A stretch of 40,949 nt of DNA from contig JBEWZL010000274.1 of the NCBI GenBank assembly GCA_045837725.1, positions 1 through 40,949 on the forward strand, given 5' to 3'. The notes below the pieces were generated by a model that did not search any database, was not told the origin of the DNA, and saw nothing but the letters and a program-made list of their open reading frames with translations. Position numbers and translations under genes: made by a program. This document shows positions 34,736 to 40,949 of this stretch, in pieces. Within the stretch, counting starts at the first letter, position 1; each line of letters begins with the position of its first letter. The DNA is from Vermamoeba vermiformis. Lineage: Eukaryota.

Positions 34736-37700
34736 TATTGAATCATGAGTGTCCCGAAACTAGCAGCCACCGTATTATTATGCAAGCCAATTAAAAATCA
34801 CGCGAGCAAATATTCTGATTACAAAATATTAATGGTAGGATTCAACTTCCCTGCAGCTGTCACAAACATAAAAAGATTACAACCGCAGAAAATATTGCGT
34901 TATTCACATTTACTCGATAATATTGATCCATAATGACCATATTTAATGGCAACGTAATTATTTGATTTTTTAACGATTATTTGATTGCAGGTCAAGAGAT
35001 CGATGAAAAGTCGCTTTCTACCAGGTAAATCCTTTCAATTTGTATTGTAGTATTATTTATTAAATAACATTCATATTAATAGGAGCCCATGTCTTTCCTG
35101 GAGGCATCTTGGAAGAAGGTGACTCGGATCCTGCCTGGCAAAGCGTTTGTGGCAAAGAATCATCGTCAGTTAAAGACGTAAGAGCTGACTAATACATAAA
35201 ACATGAATAACATGACTTAAATATATACTCTTTCGCAGCTAAATCTTCGTTTGGGCGGCATCCGCGAGTTGTACGAAGAAACAAACTTGTTATTGACGAA
35301 TCCTCGAGTTAAGCCATCATCGGAATGGAGGTTAGTATAATTTAAATCTTATCATTCTATATTAGTATTCGGCGCTAATCGTGTACCAGATCCAAGGTTA
35401 ATAAAGACGCGAAGGAGTTTATTTCATTAATGCGCGAGCATAACACAGTGCCTGAGGTATGAATATGATAAAGATTACAACATGCTACTAATATACAAGC
35501 AGGTTACTAAATTACATCACTGGGCTCGTTGGATAACGCCGATCCAAGAGAAATGGCGTTACGACACTCACTTCTATATCGCTGTCGATAACGTTGAAGA
35601 AGGCGAACGTGATCACGTGCATCAAGATAGTACGAGGACCATATTAATTTCCTTATACGCCCATCAATTGACGGATCGATTTAGATGTGGAAACGGTGTC
35701 TTTTGACTGGTTCCATCCGCAAGAAGTGATTGAAAAATGGAACGAAAAAACAGTTTCTATTGCACCGCCGACATGGTAAGTCTATCCCCATAGTACTATC
35801 AATGAATCTCATGCGTTGTTCAGGTTCATTTTGATGGAGATCTGTCAGTACAAAACACTCAAAGAACTCGTGGCTGCTGCGCCAAAGAGAGATCTAAGGT
35901 ATTTTAATATTTAATAGAGTAGTACTCATATATTGAGACCACTTAAAAAGTAACTTACTGATTTTTTATTTTGACATAGACCGGTGCAACCTAATTTGAC
36001 GTTCCAAGACGGAGGCTTGTCTGTTTGCATGCCTGGCGATGCCGATCATCCGGAAACTTCCAATTTAGGTAATTTTCACTGAAAACACGTGTATCTTTGT
36101 TTTCACGCCAAAAGCAATCAAACTTACCGCTTAATGTAGGTCCTCAGGCACGTAATAGAATAGTAGTAGGTCCTGGTGGCTTCACCTTTGAATGCACCAT
36201 GTCAGATCCAGCACGGACTTATCCAGTGCTGCCGTCGAGTGTGCTCAAAACATATACAGCCAAGCTGTAAATAAAACAAATTGTTTATAATTATTTTTAA
36301 GAACAACTAGCATTAATCCATCAATCTAGTTGAAAGTCTTTGCGTATTCTCGTTCGTACGGCGCTGTGTTATCGAGCAAATTTTTCACAGCGGTGTTGAA
36401 CTTTCGTCGCACGATCTTGACGGCAGGAATGGTAGATTCAGCATCGGGATAGCATCTAAATTGCGATATTAGATCAGTTTAATACGTATATAATAATACA
36501 ACGTACCTGTTGGTCAACAAGACGGTGAAAATCTTTCTGTCAGGGTCGCAGCAGATCTCAGTTCCGGTGTATCTAAAGGAGTCCGTTAGCGATAAAATTA
36601 GCATTCGAAGTATATATCGTATAGTACCCGGTGTGGTAGAATGTTCTTGGTGATAATTCGCCGCAGCCCATGTAAGTGTCAGCCTTGGGATCATTGACTA
36701 ACCAGCCGAGAGCACGAGGTCCTTGCGTCAAGTTCACGGGCCTGAAAACGAGTTAGATGAGTTCTATATTATTACAATGGCTTACTTAATGAATAGGTCG
36801 ACAGTGGTTCGGTTGACATAGCTGTCTTGAGGCGAGGCAAAGAGTAATTGATGCGCGAGAGTAGCAGTGTCGGGCAAGTTCGAGAACAAACCAGCATGAC
36901 CTGTAGGAGTTAACATTTGCCTCATGTTATAGAAGATCGCACGTACCTGCAATACCACCCAAAGCGTAGGCATTTCCGTCACTGACAGTGCCCTTTGTTC
37001 ACATGGATTAGTGACTGACACGCGTCATATTGATGTCAGTGTATCGTACCTGAATGACGTGTTTCTGATAAGAAGTGTCGTTCCAAGTGGGAGCAATGTT
37101 CTTCCAGCGGTACTCAGAAGGCAAAAACAAAGAAGATTGCAAGTTCAATGGCTCAAAGACGTACTTGCGAGCATAGGCCTCGTAGTAACATTGGTACAAT
37201 CTGCTGCGAGTTAATAACCATAAAATAGATATGTATAATACGTACTCAGGAGCACCAGGTCCCCAAATGTTAGTGCACTCTGGTCTCAAGTCACACACGG
37301 TAATACGACCCGTGTCAAGTGCGCGTCTGCCGATGACGTACATCATAGTGATCATGCTGTAATAGTCAGCAATATGTGCTAATGTATTTAAGCCGCCGGG
37401 TACTTACCTCAAGTCACTATAGATTTGTTTCGTGCCCGTAGGATACTGAAGAGTTTGAGTCATAAGTGATTGGTAGATCTGTTGTTGGCACGTGAATTTT
37501 TCAGCTGGTTTGGGCTTGCTAGTCTCAGGGCAGCCGAAAGATTTCTCCCCTAACCAATATTTAATTAGGTCATAATAATATAAGCGTAATTATTAAGGTG
37601 ACGTACAGTAGTTGGGAATTGGATCTGGCGGGAAACCAGCGCTATGAGCCAACAAATGTCTAATGCGGATCTGATCTTTGCCGTTGTTGGCAAAAGCATT

Positions 37701-38114
37701 TCCTAATAAGGAAGGATCGCTGACTTTCATATCTAACGAAACAATTAGCCAGAATTACAATAATAATTTCATTTGCCATACCGAGATCCAGTTCGCCTCT
37801 TTGATAGAATTGCATCGTGGCAGTCGTAGTAACGAATACTTTAGTCAAGCTAGCCATATCGTAAAGAGTCTAATAATGTTTAGCGTTGAGTTTAGCTGAC
37901 TTTAGACGCAGATTCAGCTTACCTGTGTAACGTCAACAGCAGGATTATGATCTGGTGTTGCTGGAGGAGGAATTCCATACGTAAAATTGCCGAATGCTTT
38001 CATATACATCAAACCCTGTTTTATGAAGCGTCAAAATGAGATCCGATTGTCAAAGAACTAATTAGCAATTTTATAGCATGGACAATAATATTAAAATGTT
38101 GATTCATGCTATGG
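34736..38114 (-). repeat. Right arm of inverted segmental duplication
   Basis: Reverse complement of 1-3305. It may extend past 38114, but the partner sequence would lie outside the window. Confidence 0.97.
34745..36270 (+). CDS. NUDT19: NUDT19-like peroxisomal NUDIX hydrolase, copy 2 (multi-exon)
   Basis: Same motifs as copy 1 (FPGGILEEGD, RELYEET, WARWITP, RYDTHFY). Ends ...YTAKL* (PTS1 variant AKL). Confidence 0.87.
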
Positions 38115-38403
38115 AAACAAAATGATAAGGCTGCTTTGTCGAGTAATAATTTTTGAAATTTTCTATCGAATTTTATCGTGTTGACGAAAATATCTAATCA
38201 ATAAATCGTTGAACGTAAATATCATTCGCGGTAAAATTTATTACCTTGGCATCACCAACAGCAGCAACACAACCAGGGTAGGTGTGATCTTTAATGCCAT
38301 CCTCAAGTATCTTGTCTACAGCGCTCCAATCAATGGCGCGAACATATAAACAGCTTGAAGCTAATAAATATATAGATATATAAATACACACGAGTTGTTT
38401 CAT
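36326..38403 (-). CDS. Secreted beta-lactamase-family serine hydrolase, intact copy (multi-exon)
   Basis: Signal MKQLVCIYISIYLLASSCLYVRA, YPGCVAAVG, DMASLTK, LLAHSAG, YSDL, SDGNAYALGGIAGHAGLFS, HTGYTGT, LLTNR. Canonical GT-AG sites at the junctions checked. Confidence 0.88.
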
Positions 38404-38540
38404 TGTCGATCAGAAAATGAAAAACACATTTTATCTTTTTCGAAGCTAACGGCACCACAACCACAGCTGTTGAAATCTTGCGCAAAAAGTATTAAAGCTT
38501 TAATACTTTAGAAAACTCAATACTTCCATAAGAGCAGAGA

Positions 38541-40949
38541 ATGGAGAAGCGGAAGATTGAAATCGATTTGCTTGATCCACCGACAGAGCCGTCTCCAAAA
38601 AGATTCAAAAACGTTCCAACGGTGTGGTAATAATTTATAATCAATTTGTGCATTTAATCAAATAATTTTGATGCAGCGATACTGAAGTTCAGGCGCAGGA
38701 ATTATTGCAGGCCAAAAAGACGTTCGTATTTGATCCTACAGTAACAAAATTCACTGTACCTCAAGATTGTTGTAAGTAGAGACTACATCGTGTCTTTGGA
38801 GCCAATAACAAATTTTGAATCCACCAGACACACTCGAACACATCAAGCGCTTGACCAGAGCATTGCAAGACGAGGGAAATCATCTACAGTTTTTCACTAT
38901 TACTTGTAAGTGCTTTAATCTTCATATGAGGGCTAATTTGTGAGCAGCCAAGTCGGATTTGCTTACTGAAGATCGCGTTACTTCAATTCTTCAAAGCTTC
39001 GAAAAAAACAAGACCCTCAAGTCCCTTACCATTAGAAGTGAGTATTTTTGTATTTGAAAACACAATAACATTTATTTAGACATCCCTGTAAAGTTGAAAG
39101 CGCTTTCTACCATTCTGCAGAAGAAAGTACTTACCACGCTCATTATAACCGACTCTAGTGAGTTTTTATAATAGCAATTATCCTAGTTTTAACCATCTGT
39201 TAAGTGAGAAGCGAGGAGGATGTGTCTAAAGTTGCAGATATCGCGGATGATCTGATCGCGTGCACTACCCTCACACATCTTGATCTATCTCGTGAGTATA
39301 AGTATGTCGATATAACACATATATTAATACTATTAGATAACCGAAGGAACCATTTTTCTGGCGTGGAAAAAGTCGTTGCTGAACATAAGCAGTTACGCAC
39401 TGTTGTTTTAAGCAAGAGAATCGTGCGGCCTGATACTATGGAAGGGATTTGTACTTCTTTGAAGATGAACAATACAATCACTCACTTGGATCTAGCCAGT
39501 ACGCAAACGGAGTGTTTTTCGTGCTCAATTAACCCCACTGCAGGAACTGCTATGAGCGATGACAACGCCGTTAAGTTAGCACAATCTTTGGAAAAAAACA
39601 CCAAGATCACGTACTTGGACATTTCTTGTAAAATATCACCTTTGGATTTACTGTACTAATTCTCGAACAGACAACAAAGACATTTCCGGCCCTGGATCGC
39701 AAGCTCTGGCGAGTATGTTGAAGACAAATCGAACAATTACAACATTGAGGGTACGAGATGTTCTATTTTATAAACACGAAGTGGCACTATTCAAGTCCCT
39801 CGAACAATCAAATGCCGTTAGAAATCTGACTGCAACAGGTACGTTGTTGACAAATTGTTTCGGGGCCCTATTAATAATGGTGCTCTCGTAGTTATGACCG
39901 GTTACGGTATCAATCAATTAGGCGTTGCTTTAGAACGATGGACCGCGTTGGTTGAGATATCCGTCGAGCGTAAGTCGTAAGCACATGTTGTAACTTTTAC
40001 TGACACGCCAATCAGTTACCAACTTTAAGTCAGTCGCTTCACTCGCAAATGGAATTACAAAGAACACTACGTTGACGAAGATAGATTTCAGGAGTATGCG
40101 TAACAATGACATATCTTACTCAAAGACAATTAGGTACCGAGTGGCCCGAAAATGCCGAGTACATTGCTGTACTTGAAAGGGCATTCTCAAGCAATAGAGC
40201 TATCACCAAGATCACACAAAAAGAGGGTGATGATGATTTAAAAGAGTGCTTTGCACGAGTGACTAAGAGAAACAACTCAATTCTTAAGTTTGATCGCTCG
40301 ACGATAAAACCATTCGTGCATACCAGAGATTGGGAAGGATTGTGGAAATTTATTCAAGATTCTGCAAAAAAAGGGCTTGTGTTTGAGGATCTAATTGACA
40401 AAAACCATTTCAATTTGGATGATTACGAGGTCGTGTTAGAAACGTACTTGAACAAATCGGCAGCACAATATAATGCGTTAATAGCAACAAAAACCAATTT
40501 AGAAAAGAATATCGGAGCTCATAAGAAGCGAATTGAATGCAAGTGGGCCGTATCGACCTGGTCGTTGGATGACGTCGTGCTATTTTTACAAGACATGCAG
40601 CTGCATAACCACATAGAAAAATTCAAACAAAACATGATCAAAGGCGATGTGCTGATTAACCTAACGACACTTGACTTTCATCAACTAGGCTTGACCTTCA
40701 TGGAAACTAAGTCGCTAATGAGCTCTTTATTCGAGTTGAAGCATTTTAAGTCCCTCAGTGATGTTCCGGAGGGAATACTCTACTGGACTAATGAACAAGT
40801 CGTACAATGGTTGCAAAATAACAACTTTCAACATGTCGTAGAGCCATTCCGCAATTGGAAAGTATGTAGAATTCCTCAGTATAAGCGTATTAATAGTCAT
40901 TCGTTAGATCAAGGGCGAGGATTTGATCGTGTTGGATAACTACGATCTT
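38541..40949 (+). CDS. RNI-like LRR protein with C-terminal tandem SAM domains (truncated by window end), multi-exon
   Basis: Repeats SLKMNNTITHLDL, SLEKNTKITYLDIS, MLKTNRTITTL, NTTLTKIDF. SAM motifs VSTWSLDDVVLFL...KFKQNMIKGDVLINLT..DF..LGL and WTNEQVVQWL. Confidence 0.82.

Noticed and set aside
36326-38403. Recent bacterial transfer or antibiotic-resistance gene
   Set aside because: It has many spliceosomal introns and host-like composition. The fold family includes esterases and peptidases, so beta-lactamase activity cannot be claimed.

Overview
This is a gene-dense eukaryotic window with short GT-AG introns (about 50 nt) and CTAAC/CTGAC branch points; the gene set suggests an amoebozoan-like protist (inference). 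Housekeeping genes: cohesin SCC3/STAG, a CBS-domain protein, GATOR2 subunit MIOS, ATP-phosphofructokinase, eIF3i, a phytol/farnesol-kinase-like membrane enzyme and an LRR-SAM protein. Other genes: a tandem pseudokinase-kinase, two convergent paralogous Kelch/Ig single-pass receptor kinases, a small GPI-type protein between them, and two tRNAs. An inverted duplication of at least 3.3 kb brackets the window (1-3305 vs 34736-38114). In the left arm the beta-lactamase-family gene is a pseudogene while the peroxisomal NUDT19-like gene looks intact. Highlights: (1) a 5'-truncated, TSD-flanked non-LTR-retroelement-like insert 8 nt upstream of tRNA-Ile; (2) a complete 5S rRNA gene nested in a PFK intron; (3) a U12-type minor intron in eIF3i. 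Exon structures were assembled by eye and no database searches were run.
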